Shown here piece after piece: positions 10,356 to 20,103 of a stretch of 64,000 nt of DNA. Origin of the DNA: Oscillospiraceae bacterium. Its GTDB lineage: Bacteria; Bacillota; Clostridia; Oscillospirales; Ruminococcaceae. How positions within the stretch are numbered: position 1 is the first letter of the stretch; the number at the start of each line of letters is the position of its first letter. A program made the translations under genes and the position numbers. The notes under the pieces were generated by a model. That model made no database searches, was not told the origin of the DNA, and was given only the letters and a program-made list of their open reading frames with translations. The stretch lies in NCBI GenBank assembly GCA_029005335.1, contig JAQXFT010000022.1:21438-85437 (forward strand), written 5' to 3'.

Positions 10356-10392
10356 AGCATAATCCTTTCCGGAAATATTATTCACATCAACT

Positions 10393-10421
10393 ATTATACT
10401 ATCTTTTATTCATGATTGCAA
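10393..10421 (-). promoter_or_regulatory. sigma-A promoter of recD2-mreB
   Basis: Minus strand TTGCAA, 17 nt spacer, TATAAT, lying inside the 3' end of the upstream ORF. Confidence 0.6.
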
Positions 10422-10734
10422 ATGATTCTGAAAAATATTTTTCAAGCTCATCGGGAGCAAGAAAAACAGCATTTTCATGATTCAGACAGAATCTTTCACA
10501 AAATTCCGTATGTACCGAATCCGCACCGCAGTTCAGCAGAATAATATCTGCTTCAGTCTGCTCCAGAGCATCGGAAATACGTTCTCTCAGAGAATCGTCA
10601 TCAGCCATGACCGGTATTACTGCAAAGTAACATTCCCTGCGGTTTCTGAAAATACATTCCGCAAAAAGGGATACTCCCTCAGCTACTGCGATAACCGTAA
10701 TTATGAGTATTGCTGTAAGTACTGCACCATCCAT
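10399..10734 (-). CDS. Hypothetical protein with an N-terminal membrane anchor
   Basis: GAGGTG RBS; hydrophobic N-terminus then a small alpha/beta-like segment; no family recognised. Confidence 0.6.
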   Translation of the reverse strand: MDGAVLTAILIITVIAVAEGVSLFAECIFRNRRECYFAVIPVMADDDSLRERISDALEQTEADIILLNCGADSVHTEFCERFCLNHENAVFLAPDELEKYFSESFAIMNKR

Positions 10735-10787
10735 ATAAATCACCTCATGTTTTTTTATGATATTATATGACAGTACTGAAAAAAATG

Positions 10788-11318
10788 TTAATTCTGATTT
10801 ATATATCTGCTTATTATTACCTCTGAAAATTCAGCAAGGGCAGTATATACCTTTTCGATATTGTCATTCTTATACTTTATGGCAGTATGAAACGAACCTT
10901 GTATTACATAGGTAAGCATCATCTGTTTTTCAAAGCTGTCATCTTTTTTGAGAGTACGCTTTTTTATCTCCTGTTCGATTTTGTCAACAAGCTTTCCTGA
11001 ACGTATATCCGAAAATAATATTGATATTACGTCATGACGGCGGTAAAATGCCGTTACAATTTCCTTTGTAAGCTTTGAAGGCTCTGTAAAAATGCAGTCA
11101 AGAGATGTAAGCTCATCAAAAATTTCCTGAATAGTATTGTTTTCAACCTCATCAGCAAGCTCATATATATCAGAATAGTGAAGATAAAAGGTAGCTTTAT
11201 TTATCATTGCAATTTCTGAAAGCTCCCTGACAGTAATTTTTTCAATTGATTTCTTTTTTCTGAGTTCAAGGAAAGCTTTTTTTATGCTCTGCTTTGTTTT
11301 TATTACTCTTAAATCCAT
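10788..11318 (-). CDS. TetR/AcrR family transcriptional regulator
   Basis: DLRVIKTKQSIKKAFLEL, KITVRELSEIAMINKATFYLHYSD HTH. Confidence 0.9.
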   Translation of the reverse strand: MDLRVIKTKQSIKKAFLELRKKKSIEKITVRELSEIAMINKATFYLHYSDIYELADEVENNTIQEIFDELTSLDCIFTEPSKLTKEIVTAFYRRHDVISILFSDIRSGKLVDKIEQEIKKRTLKKDDSFEKQMMLTYVIQGSFHTAIKYKNDNIEKVYTALAEFSEVIISRYINQN

Positions 11319-11385
11319 AAAGTCTCCTTTCACGACATTTTAAGTAAAAACGTCTGTTATTAAACTTTTTTATATAAATTGACTC

Positions 11386-11414
11386 TTGAAAACTTCCGGA
11401 ATTTATATTATAAT
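11386..11414 (+). promoter_or_regulatory. sigma-A promoter of glgB
   Basis: TTGAAA(11386-11391), 17 nt spacer, TATAAT(11409-11414). Confidence 0.6.
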
Positions 11415-11460
11415 ATAATTATACTGTATTTATGAATTTTTGTCAAATGGAGATGATAAA

Positions 11461-13263
11461 ATGAATTTAGATGATTTTTACAGAGGACTTTCTTTTAACG
11501 ATTATGAATTTCTCGGAGCTAAGGTATCGGATACCGGAACTGTTTTCAGAACATTTGCACCAAATGCCGTAAAAGTATCAGTTATAGGCGAATTTAATGA
11601 CTGGACTGATACACCCATGAATAAAATACTTAACGGTCAGTTCTATGAATGTAATATTCCTGAAGCCCGTGAAGGAATGATGTACAAATACAGAATCTAC
11701 CGTACTGAGAATGATTTTGTAGACCACTGCGACCCTTACGGCTACGGAATGGAGCTTCGTCCGAACAGTGCATCAATAATCAGAGACCTTTCAAAATTCA
11801 GGTTTGATGACAAAAAGTGGCTTGAAAAGCGTACCGACTGTCACGGCGAACCCCTTAATATATACGAAGTTCATTTAGGCTCATGGAAAACAAATCCTGA
11901 TGACGAAAACGGCTGGTATAATTACAGTCAGATTGCGGATATGCTTATACCATATGTAAAGGAAAACGGCTATAACTACATAGAATTTATGCCTCTCAGC
12001 GAACACCCCTGCGACGAATCATGGGGCTATCAGAACAGCTGTTTCTTTGCACCTACTTCACGATACGGAACTGCTGTTCAGCTTATGGAGCTTATAAATA
12101 AATGCCATAAGAATAACATTGGTGTTATAATGGATTTTGTACCTGTACATTTTGCAGTAGACGGCTACGCCCTTGCAAATTATGACGGTACACCCTTATA
12201 TGAATATCCCAACAATGCTGTTACCCACAGCGAATGGGGAAGCTATAACTTCATGCATTCCAGAGGAGAGGTAAGAAGCTTTCTCCAGTCATCAGCTAAC
12301 TTCTGGCTTGATGTATTCCATTTTGACGGAATCAGAATGGACGCTATAAGCCGTATTATTTACTGGCAGGGTACTCCCGAAAGAGGCGTAAATAATAATG
12401 CTGTTGAATTTGTACGTGAAATGAATCACGGGCTTAAAAAGCTTCACCCTACTGCCATATTATGTGCTGAGGATTCGACTAATTTTATCAAAATTACGAA
12501 GCCTTATTCAGAGGGCGGACTTGCTTTCGACTATAAATGGGATATGGGCTGGATGAATGATACCCTTGATTATTTCCGCCAGTATCCATGGGTCAGAACT
12601 CAGGAATATCATAAGCTTACCTTTTCAATGATGTACTTTTACAATGAGCATTTTATTCTTCCGCTCTCTCATGATGAGGTTGTACACGGAAAAGCCACTA
12701 TTGTCCAGAAGATGAACGGAGACTATGAACAGAAAATTCCTCAGGCAAGGGCAATGTATATGTATATGTATGCCCACCCCGGAAAGAAGCTCAACTTTAT
12801 GGGAAATGAATTTGCCCAGTTCCGTGAATGGGACGAAAAACGTGAACAGGACTGGGATTTGCTGAAATATCCGGTTCATGATTCATTCCATAGATTTATG
12901 AAGGATTTGAATAAATTCTATCTCAATACTCCGGCATTCTATATGTGGGACGACGACCCCAGAGGCTTTGAATGGCTTGACTGTCATCAGGAAGAAAAAT
13001 GTATCTATGTCATAAAGAGAATATGTCCAACTCAGAAGATTATATCCGTATTCAATTTCGGCGGAAGTGAACAGAAGGATTTTGAAATAAAGTCCGGAAA
13101 AGATGTTCAGTATAAACTCATAATGGCTTCGGATATGCCCAAATACGGCGGTAATAATGAATATAAGAAGAAAACCTTTAAACCGGACAAAAATGGCATT
13201 ATCAGGCTTACTCTTACTCCCTTTTCTGCTTTATATTTTGAATCAATTCCGACAAATCCTTGA
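11461..13263 (+). CDS. glgB: 1,4-alpha-glucan branching enzyme (GH13 with CBM48)
   Basis: FAPNA, IYEVHLGSW, SWGYQ, DFVPVHF, DGIRMDA, AEDST, KWDMGWMND, LSHDEVVHGK. Confidence 0.95.
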   Translation: MNLDDFYRGLSFNDYEFLGAKVSDTGTVFRTFAPNAVKVSVIGEFNDWTDTPMNKILNGQFYECNIPEAREGMMYKYRIYRTENDFVDHCDPYGYGMELRPNSASIIRDLSKFRFDDKKWLEKRTDCHGEPLNIYEVHLGSWKTNPDDENGWYNYSQIADMLIPYVKENGYNYIEFMPLSEHPCDESWGYQNSCFFAPTSRYGTAVQLMELINKCHKNNIGVIMDFVPVHFAVDGYALANYDGTPLYEYPNNAVTHSEWGSYNFMHSRGEVRSFLQSSANFWLDVFHFDGIRMDAISRIIYWQGTPERGVNNNAVEFVREMNHGLKKLHPTAILCAEDSTNFIKITKPYSEGGLAFDYKWDMGWMNDTLDYFRQYPWVRTQEYHKLTFSMMYFYNEHFILPLSHDEVVHGKATIVQKMNGDYEQKIPQARAMYMYMYAHPGKKLNFMGNEFAQFREWDEKREQDWDLLKYPVHDSFHRFMKDLNKFYLNTPAFYMWDDDPRGFEWLDCHQEEKCIYVIKRICPTQKIISVFNFGGSEQKDFEIKSGKDVQYKLIMASDMPKYGGNNEYKKKTFKPDKNGIIRLTLTPFSALYFESIPTNP

Positions 13264-13283
13264 ATTTTCAATAAAAAATCAGT

Positions 13284-13305
13284 CGGGCGACCTTTGGGTC
13301 GCCCG
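13284..13305. terminator. REP-like palindrome/terminator between convergent genes
   Basis: CGGGCGACC-TTTG-GGTCGCCCG, perfect 9-bp arms. Confidence 0.75.
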
Positions 13306-13332
13306 TTTATACTTTGCATGAATTTTTCTGAA

Positions 13333-13596
13333 TCAGTCCTCATCAGGATTTCCGTCGGAAATATCATTCAGTCCCGAAAATCTGTCTGAAACCTGCACTA
13401 TTTCATTATCCTGAGTGAGTATATTATTCTGAAGAATTTTGGCATAATCAGTTTTCAGAATCTCAGCAATATCATCATCAACATCGCCCAAATCTCCGGT
13501 AATGCTGAATCCGTCATCTGATTCGTCTTCATAGTCATCAGGTAATATTCCCATTGTGTCAATGTCTCTGAAATCTTTTTCTTCCGGTAATGTCAT
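13333..13596 (-). CDS. Small, very acidic hypothetical protein (87 aa)
   Basis: AAGGAGG RBS before ATG 13596; 27 D/E versus 5 K/R by hand count. Confidence 0.65.
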   Translation of the reverse strand: MTLPEEKDFRDIDTMGILPDDYEDESDDGFSITGDLGDVDDDIAEILKTDYAKILQNNILTQDNEIVQVSDRFSGLNDISDGNPDED

Positions 13597-13663
13597 ATAA
13601 AAAAAGTCCTCCTTATACAAAAATTTTATAATATACGGAGAGAGGGGACAAAGTCCCCGTAAA

Positions 13664-14746
13664 TCAGTCTCCGAAGGATACTCCCAAATCTCTTGCAATA
13701 ACTACAAGCTGGTCGTCGGGGTCAACGAATTTTGTTTTTCCGGCAATATCCTCAAGCTTGTTTGAAGTAATCTTTGAACCTATCTGTGCAACAGTTCTTC
13801 CATATTTTTCCTCTGCGATAAGCTTTGCGGCATGAACTCCGAATTTTGTAGCAAGTATTCTGTCATATGCACTCGGACTTCCGCCACGGAGCATATGTCC
13901 CGGAACGCATACTCTTGCTTCTATTCCGGTATTGTTCTGAATCTGTGCAGCAATTCTGCCTGTAGCGGTAGTCATACCTGCTTCGAGACGTTTTTTTGCA
14001 CGTTCTTTCTTTTTCATCTTGGCTTCTTCGATATCAAAAGCACCTTCAGCTACAGCGAGTATTGAGAAAGTTTTTCCGGCAGCACTTCTTGCAAGTACAG
14101 CTTCGCAGACCTTTTCTATATCATATGGAATTTCCGGAATAAGGATTATATCCGCACCGCCTGCGACTCCGGCATTGAGTGTAAGCCAGCCGGCTTTATT
14201 TCCCATGATTTCACAAAGGATTATTCTTGAATGGCTTGCAGCAGTGGTATGAAGTCTGTCGATAGCGTCTGTAGCTGTATCAACAGCCGTGTGGAATCCG
14301 AATGTAACATCAGTACCGTATATATCGTTGTCGATAGTTTTAGGAAGACCAATTACGTTAAGACCCTCATCAGAAAGGAGCTTTGAGGTTTTATGAGTAC
14401 CGTTTCCGCCCAGAGTAAGCAGACAGTCAAGCTTCTGTTTTCTGTATGTCTCTTTCATATTTTTTACTTTGTCAATATTGTCATCGCCGATTACGGTCAT
14501 CATCTTGAATGGCTGACGCTTTGTTCCGAAAATTGTACCTCCCTGAGTGAGTATTCCGGAGAAATCCGAGGGATTCATAGTTTTGCAGAGATTGTTGATA
14601 AGACCGTAATAGCCGTTTGAAATTCCGACGATTTCAATATTATCCTCTCCGAAGCGTTCAAAGCAGGCTTTTGCCACACCTCTGATAGTGGCATTGAGTC
14701 CGGGACAGTCGCCACCGCTGGTTAAGATACCGATTCTTCTTTTCAT
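13664..14746 (-). CDS. pfkA: 6-phosphofructokinase, probably ATP-dependent
   Basis: LTSGGDCPGLNA, GGNGT (Gly at the specificity site), PKTIDND, EIMGNKAGW, PGHMLRGG. Confidence 0.88.
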   Translation of the reverse strand: MKRRIGILTSGGDCPGLNATIRGVAKACFERFGEDNIEIVGISNGYYGLINNLCKTMNPSDFSGILTQGGTIFGTKRQPFKMMTVIGDDNIDKVKNMKETYRKQKLDCLLTLGGNGTHKTSKLLSDEGLNVIGLPKTIDNDIYGTDVTFGFHTAVDTATDAIDRLHTTAASHSRIILCEIMGNKAGWLTLNAGVAGGADIILIPEIPYDIEKVCEAVLARSAAGKTFSILAVAEGAFDIEEAKMKKKERAKKRLEAGMTTATGRIAAQIQNNTGIEARVCVPGHMLRGGSPSAYDRILATKFGVHAAKLIAEEKYGRTVAQIGSKITSNKLEDIAGKTKFVDPDDQLVVIARDLGVSFGD

Positions 14747-14772
14747 TTTTTACCTCCGTTAAATAAGAATTT

Positions 14773-15417
14773 TTAAATTATAGCGTTTACAATTGAAAAA
14801 TAGTGGAAAATGCTTCCTGCTATTACAAATAAGTGCCATATTGAGTGAAAGTATCTGTACTTCTTTTTGCTGTAGAAGAAAACTCCTCCTGAATAGCAAA
14901 GTCCGCCTATGATGAGGAATACTATTGAGATTGTCGGACAGCTTTCTATAAGGGGCTTTATTGCAAATATTATACCCCAGCCCATTGCGACATAGCAGAG
15001 CGTTGAAATTTTTCTGAATTTTTCCAGATTTACTGATGAAAGCACAGTGCCTGCAATTGCTGATGCCCATATTATTCCGAATATAGTCCAGCCCAAAGCA
15101 CCCTGAAGTATACAAAGAGTTATAGGAGTATATGTTCCTGCTATAAGGAGATATATGGTATCATGGTCAAGAATACGGAAAACTTTTTTAGCTTTTTCGT
15201 TTGTAAGAGCGTGATAAAGTGTTGACATTGTGTAGAGTATTATCAGTGATGCTCCGTATATTGACGCTGATACAACTTCCATTGCACCTCCGTGAACTGC
15301 ACAGAGTACTATTAACACAACACACCCTGCTATTGAAAGCAATGCACCTATTCCATGCGATACGGAGTTGAAAATTTCTTCTCCGAGCGAATACCTTTTG
15401 ACTTCAGTCATAATCAA
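14773..15417 (-). CDS. Hemolysin III / PAQR family membrane protein
   Basis: EEIFNSVSHG, STLYHA, DHDTIYLLIAGTYTP, HSIWHLFV; about 7 TM segments. Confidence 0.9.
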   Translation of the reverse strand: MIMTEVKRYSLGEEIFNSVSHGIGALLSIAGCVVLIVLCAVHGGAMEVVSASIYGASLIILYTMSTLYHALTNEKAKKVFRILDHDTIYLLIAGTYTPITLCILQGALGWTIFGIIWASAIAGTVLSSVNLEKFRKISTLCYVAMGWGIIFAIKPLIESCPTISIVFLIIGGLCYSGGVFFYSKKKYRYFHSIWHLFVIAGSIFHYFSIVNAII

Positions 15418-17657
15418 TACACCTTTCTTTCTTTCATATTCTGTTTAAAAAATTCCTCAAGCTGTTCCGGAGGCATAGGCTTTCCGTACAGATACCCCTG
15501 ACCGAAATTACAGCCAAGCTCTCTCAGAATTTTTGCCTGATTGGGATTTTCAATACCTTCAGCAATTGTTTCGATTTTCTTTGACTTTGCTATTCTTATG
15601 ACAGCATTTACGATTTCAAAAGCTATGGGGTCGGTCTCGATATCAACTATAAATGAGCGGTCAAGCTTTAAAAGGGTTATCGGAAGAATCTGAATATAGC
15701 TGAGTGAAGAATATCCTGTTCCGAAGTCGTCCATAGCGAGCTTTACTCCAAGTTCACGTATCTGATTCATCTGTGATACAGCATAATCGACATCATGGAG
15801 GGCAAGTCTTTCTGTAAGCTCTACCTCGAGCCATTCAGCATCAAGACCTGATATCACAAGAGCTTCAAATATATTTTCCTTCAGGTTTTTCTGATAGAAG
15901 TCATCAGAAGTAAAATTTATTGACATAACTATTTCAGGATAGCCCAGTTTCTGCCACATAACGTTCTGTCTGCAACCTTCCTGAAGGACAAATTCACTTA
16001 TTCGGGCGATAAGGTGTGATTTTTCTGCTATCGGCACAAAGACATTGGGAGAAATAACAGTACCATCAGGCTTAATCCATCTTATGAGGGCTTCGACTCC
16101 GATTATAGCACCGGTCTGCAAATCAATTTTAGGCTGATAGAATAATTTCAGTTCATTGTTGTCGATAGCGTCAGAGAGGGATTTTTCAAGCTCAGAGTTA
16201 TCGATAATTTCGTCATGCATATGGCTTTCATATGCACATATGCTGTTTCTTGAACCGTCACTGCATTTAAGAGCAAATTCGGCGTGTTCAAGAACCTCCA
16301 TAAAGTTTGCACCATCAGCAGGCATTCTTGAATATCCGACTGAGCATGAAAGGGACTGTAAGGAAAATTCATCTACAGCCAGCTTCTGAAAATCTCTCTG
16401 AATCTGTTCAGCTGTTTTTCTCGGGAGTTCATCATCGCCGTAGTCACGGGTTATTATAGCGAAGTTGTCACCGCTTATTCTTGCTGAAAAGCCTCCGAGT
16501 GATATATATTTATAAAGATTGCTTGCAAAGGCTTTAAGAACCTTGTTTCCGTTTGAATATCCGCAGGTATCGTTTATGATGTGGAACTTGTCTATATCAA
16601 GAACCATTACCCAGTATGAATATCCCAGCTCCTTACAGCAGTTATAGTTTTCCTGACCGATTTTTACAAGCTTGTTTCTGTTGGCAATATCGGTAACTTC
16701 GTCGGTAAAGGCGAGACGTTCAATCATCATATCCTTTTCACGTTCAGAGGTTATATCGATTATAGCACCGCCTATTATAGTCTGACCGTTATTTTCATTT
16801 GAGGGGACTGTTTTAAGTCTCATTGAGTACCAGTGATAAGCGTTGTCGTATGATTTTATCTGAAGCTCAAGATTTGTGATTTCGCTTGTACAGCTTTCTG
16901 AATTGTAGTTTGCAGATATATATGAGGCATAGGCATTGCGGTCATTGGGGTGGATAAGCATTTTAAGTTCTCCGAATGATATTATGGGCTTGTCATATCC
17001 AAGCATACGCATAAATTCGCTTGAAATCTGAAAGGTCTTGTCATTGCGGCTGAGTATTACGCCGATTTCGGAAAGCTCCATAGACAGGTTATGTCTCTGA
17101 TGTGATTTTTCAAGCTCTCTCTGAGTTTTTTTCAGCTCAGTAAAATTGAATCCGGTACTCATATAGAGGCTTGCCTTTTTTGTTTTCTTGATTAGTGATG
17201 TACTCCATGCTATATACATTTCTTCATTATATTCGTTTGTTACATGGCTTTCACCGAGTTGGCCGTTTATGAGCATATCTATAGTTTTCGCATTAGTATT
17301 CTGAATGTCGAAGACCTTTTTAATCATTTCCTGATTGTCAAAGTCGAGAGATTCAATTCCGAGTTCATCACGGAGCTTTTTATTCATGAATACAGCGGAG
17401 CAGTCATTAGTCCAGAGCAGTATTTCTGTATTCAGGGTTTCTGTAATATCTGAAAATTCCATAATATCAATAGTGGGATTATTTTTATAGTATATGGCAT
17501 TTGATATTCCTGAAATAAGAAGCATAAAAATTACTGTTATTATATATATGGATATTATTATAGTAGCCTCAGCCGGATGCATCCATGCATAGACAAGTAC
17601 AAGCATTGTGGCTATTACCATAATAGATACAGATATTAAAACTTGTTTGTGCTTCAA
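15414..17657 (-). CDS. Membrane-anchored PAS-GGDEF-EAL protein, probable c-di-GMP phosphodiesterase
   Basis: Two N-terminal TMs; PAS/PAC-like WYSMRL..IIDIT; degenerate SGDNF; intact EALIRW, VELTE, DDFGTGYSSL, EGIE, QGY. Confidence 0.88.
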   Translation of the reverse strand: MKHKQVLISVSIMVIATMLVLVYAWMHPAEATIIISIYIITVIFMLLISGISNAIYYKNNPTIDIMEFSDITETLNTEILLWTNDCSAVFMNKKLRDELGIESLDFDNQEMIKKVFDIQNTNAKTIDMLINGQLGESHVTNEYNEEMYIAWSTSLIKKTKKASLYMSTGFNFTELKKTQRELEKSHQRHNLSMELSEIGVILSRNDKTFQISSEFMRMLGYDKPIISFGELKMLIHPNDRNAYASYISANYNSESCTSEITNLELQIKSYDNAYHWYSMRLKTVPSNENNGQTIIGGAIIDITSEREKDMMIERLAFTDEVTDIANRNKLVKIGQENYNCCKELGYSYWVMVLDIDKFHIINDTCGYSNGNKVLKAFASNLYKYISLGGFSARISGDNFAIITRDYGDDELPRKTAEQIQRDFQKLAVDEFSLQSLSCSVGYSRMPADGANFMEVLEHAEFALKCSDGSRNSICAYESHMHDEIIDNSELEKSLSDAIDNNELKLFYQPKIDLQTGAIIGVEALIRWIKPDGTVISPNVFVPIAEKSHLIARISEFVLQEGCRQNVMWQKLGYPEIVMSINFTSDDFYQKNLKENIFEALVISGLDAEWLEVELTERLALHDVDYAVSQMNQIRELGVKLAMDDFGTGYSSLSYIQILPITLLKLDRSFIVDIETDPIAFEIVNAVIRIAKSKKIETIAEGIENPNQAKILRELGCNFGQGYLYGKPMPPEQLEEFFKQNMKERKVY

Positions 17658-17840
17658 ATATAATCTCCCCTTGCGTAAAAAATTACGTTAATATAATTAT
17701 ATCAAATCCATATAAAAAAGTCAATGCCTGCATGAAATTTAAAAACATTATTTCACAAAACAAATTTAAAAAATCCGTGATTTTCACAGAATTAACACTT
17801 TTATGATTTATAATATTAAAAAAAGGAGGACTGATTTTTT

Positions 17841-18521
17841 ATGAGTAAAATTTTAATTGTTGATGACGAAGTAAATATCAGAAAGGTTGTAAGAGAATAC
17901 GCCGAATTTGAGGGCTATGAAGTTTCAGAGGCTGAAAACGGTATGGAGGCTGTAAGTATCTGCAAGGAGAATGATTTTGACATTATTATAATGGACGTTA
18001 TGATGCCACGTCTTGACGGATATTCTGCTGTCAAGGAGATACATAAATACAAGCAGATTCCTGTTATTATGCTTTCTGCAAGAGGTGAGGAATATGATAA
18101 GCTTTTCGGATTTGAAATCGGAATTGATGACTATGTTGTAAAGCCTTTTTCACCTAAGGAGCTTATGGCGAGAGTAAAGGCTGTAATAAAAAGGAATACT
18201 GTTACTTCGGCATCACCTAAAAATTCAGACAGATATATTTTTGAGGGACTCGAAATAGATATTTCAGGACGTGAAGTATATGTCAACGGTGTTAAAGCGT
18301 CTATGACACCAAAGGAATATGACCTGCTTTTTTATCTTGTACGCAACAAGAATATAGCTCTTACCCGTGACAAGCTTCTTGAAGAAGTATGGGGCTATGA
18401 TTTCTTCGGTGATGACCGTACTGTTGATACACATATAAAAATGCTCAGGAACAGCCTCGGCGAATACCGCAAATTTATTGTAACACTGAGAGGAATGGGA
18501 TATAAATTTGAAGCGAATTAA
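17841..18521 (+). CDS. OmpR/PhoB-family response regulator
   Basis: ILIVDDE, MDVMMP (phospho-Asp), GIDDYVVKPF, TPKEYDLL, RTVDTHIKMLR, RGMGYKF. Confidence 0.93.
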   Translation: MSKILIVDDEVNIRKVVREYAEFEGYEVSEAENGMEAVSICKENDFDIIIMDVMMPRLDGYSAVKEIHKYKQIPVIMLSARGEEYDKLFGFEIGIDDYVVKPFSPKELMARVKAVIKRNTVTSASPKNSDRYIFEGLEIDISGREVYVNGVKASMTPKEYDLLFYLVRNKNIALTRDKLLEEVWGYDFFGDDRTVDTHIKMLRNSLGEYRKFIVTLRGMGYKFEAN

Positions 18522-19977
18522 TAATTTATGTCATAATATTAAAAATAAATTCGGAAGTATTCCTCTTAATCTTAAAATATGGATATATTTTGTCATATAT
18601 ACTATAATAGTATTTGTGCTTCTCTGGTTCTTTCAGATTATATTTCTTGAGAATTTCTATGAAAATATGAAAATAAATGATGTTCTGGCAGAGGGAAAAT
18701 TTCTTGCCGAAAGCTATATGGCTGACTGCTTTGATGAATCGGCATATGATGAGCTTCTCAATCAAAGCTCCATGCAAAATGATATGTGCATAGAAATTCA
18801 GGACAAATACGGACGTTCAGTATATTCAAAAAAAGCCTTCGGTGACTGTATTATACATAACAGAGACGGTACACTTGCTTCACTTCGCTCAAAGCTTCAG
18901 AAAAGCCAGGACGGAGAAGTGCTTTACAGAGGAAAAAATCTCAGAAGCAGTGTTGAAAGCTTTATTTATGGAAAAGTTCTTTCTGACGGAAAGAAAACAT
19001 ATGGCTATCTTTTTCTGAATACTCCGATACAGCCTGTATCTTCTACTGTATCTATCATAAAGCGTCAGCTTATGATTATAACCTTTATACTTATAATAAT
19101 AGCCTTTATGATATCAATCTATGTTTCACAGACAATAGCTTCACCAATAGTCAAGATTACCAAATCAGCAAAAATGCTTGCAAACGGTAAATATGATGTT
19201 GAATTTGAGGGCAGGGGATACCTTGAGGCACAGGAGCTTGCTGATACCCTTACATATGCAGGACAGCAGATTTCAAAAGTAGATACGCTTCAGAGAGACC
19301 TGATTGCAAACGTTTCCCACGACCTGAGAACACCTCTTACCATGCTTAAAGCATATGCCGAAATGATTCGTGATTTGTCCGGAGATAATCCGAAAAAGCG
19401 TGAAGAGCATCTGGAAATTATCATAGAGGAAACTGACCGCCTTACTATGCTTGTAAATGATATGCTTGACCTTTCAAAGCTTCAGAGCGGTAAACAGACT
19501 CTTCACTGTACAGAATTCGGCATAAGTGAAAAAATGCACGGAATTATAGACCGATTCAGGGGTGTATCCGAGAAAATGGGGTATCATATACATTTTACCC
19601 CCGATAAGGAACGTATTGTATGCTGTGATTCAGTAAAGATAGAGCAGGTAATATATAACCTTATCAACAATGCCATAAACTATACCGGAGCTGACAAGCA
19701 GGTATATGTTACTCAGGTTAATCTTGATGACGGTGTGAGAATTGAAGTGCGTGATACAGGTGACGGCATTGAGGAGGATAAAATAAAGCTCATTTTTGAT
19801 AAATACTACCGTTCTGAAAATCATAAGCGTGAGGTAATCGGAACAGGGCTTGGGCTTTCGATAGTAAAAGAAATACTTAAAATGCATAACTATGATTACG
19901 GCGTAAACAGTACAACAGGAAAGGGTTCAGTATTCTGGTTTACAATAAAGAACCTGCCTCATGATGATAAAATTTAA
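18508..19977 (+). CDS. Sensor histidine kinase (2 TM, HAMP, HisKA, HATPase)
   Basis: SHDLRTPLT H-box, NLINNA N-box, DTGDGI, GTGLGLSIV. Confidence 0.93.
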   Translation: MKRINNLCHNIKNKFGSIPLNLKIWIYFVIYTIIVFVLLWFFQIIFLENFYENMKINDVLAEGKFLAESYMADCFDESAYDELLNQSSMQNDMCIEIQDKYGRSVYSKKAFGDCIIHNRDGTLASLRSKLQKSQDGEVLYRGKNLRSSVESFIYGKVLSDGKKTYGYLFLNTPIQPVSSTVSIIKRQLMIITFILIIIAFMISIYVSQTIASPIVKITKSAKMLANGKYDVEFEGRGYLEAQELADTLTYAGQQISKVDTLQRDLIANVSHDLRTPLTMLKAYAEMIRDLSGDNPKKREEHLEIIIEETDRLTMLVNDMLDLSKLQSGKQTLHCTEFGISEKMHGIIDRFRGVSEKMGYHIHFTPDKERIVCCDSVKIEQVIYNLINNAINYTGADKQVYVTQVNLDDGVRIEVRDTGDGIEEDKIKLIFDKYYRSENHKREVIGTGLGLSIVKEILKMHNYDYGVNSTTGKGSVFWFTIKNLPHDDKI

Positions 19978-19980
19978 AAA

Positions 19981-20012
19981 AGGGCGGAAAAAAAATCCGC
20001 TCTTATTTTTTT
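19981..20012 (+). terminator. Intrinsic terminator of the two-component operon
   Basis: AGGGCGGA-a-rich loop-TCCGCTCT followed by a T-rich tract. Confidence 0.6.
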
Positions 20013-20019
20013 AAAATTC

Positions 20020-20047
20020 TGAAGCAAGATGCAAATCTGATTCGTAT
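20020..20047 (+). promoter_or_regulatory. Putative ECF sigma promoter
   Basis: TGAAGC(20020-20025), 17 nt spacer, CGTAT(20043-20047) resembles the TGAAAC..CGTA Bacillus ECF consensus. Confidence 0.5.
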
Positions 20048-20103
20048 ATATAGTGAAGGGTAAAAAATACCCGATATACAATTTATTTTAAGGAGGAATT
20101 ACT

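Noticed and set aside
10372-10383. LexA-like box GAAATATTATTC near the recD2 start
   Set aside because: Two mismatches to GAAC-N4-GTTC in AT-rich sequence; not supportable
14773-15417. Hemolysin III as a toxin or virulence gene
   Set aside because: PAQR-family membrane protein common in non-pathogens; the name is historical
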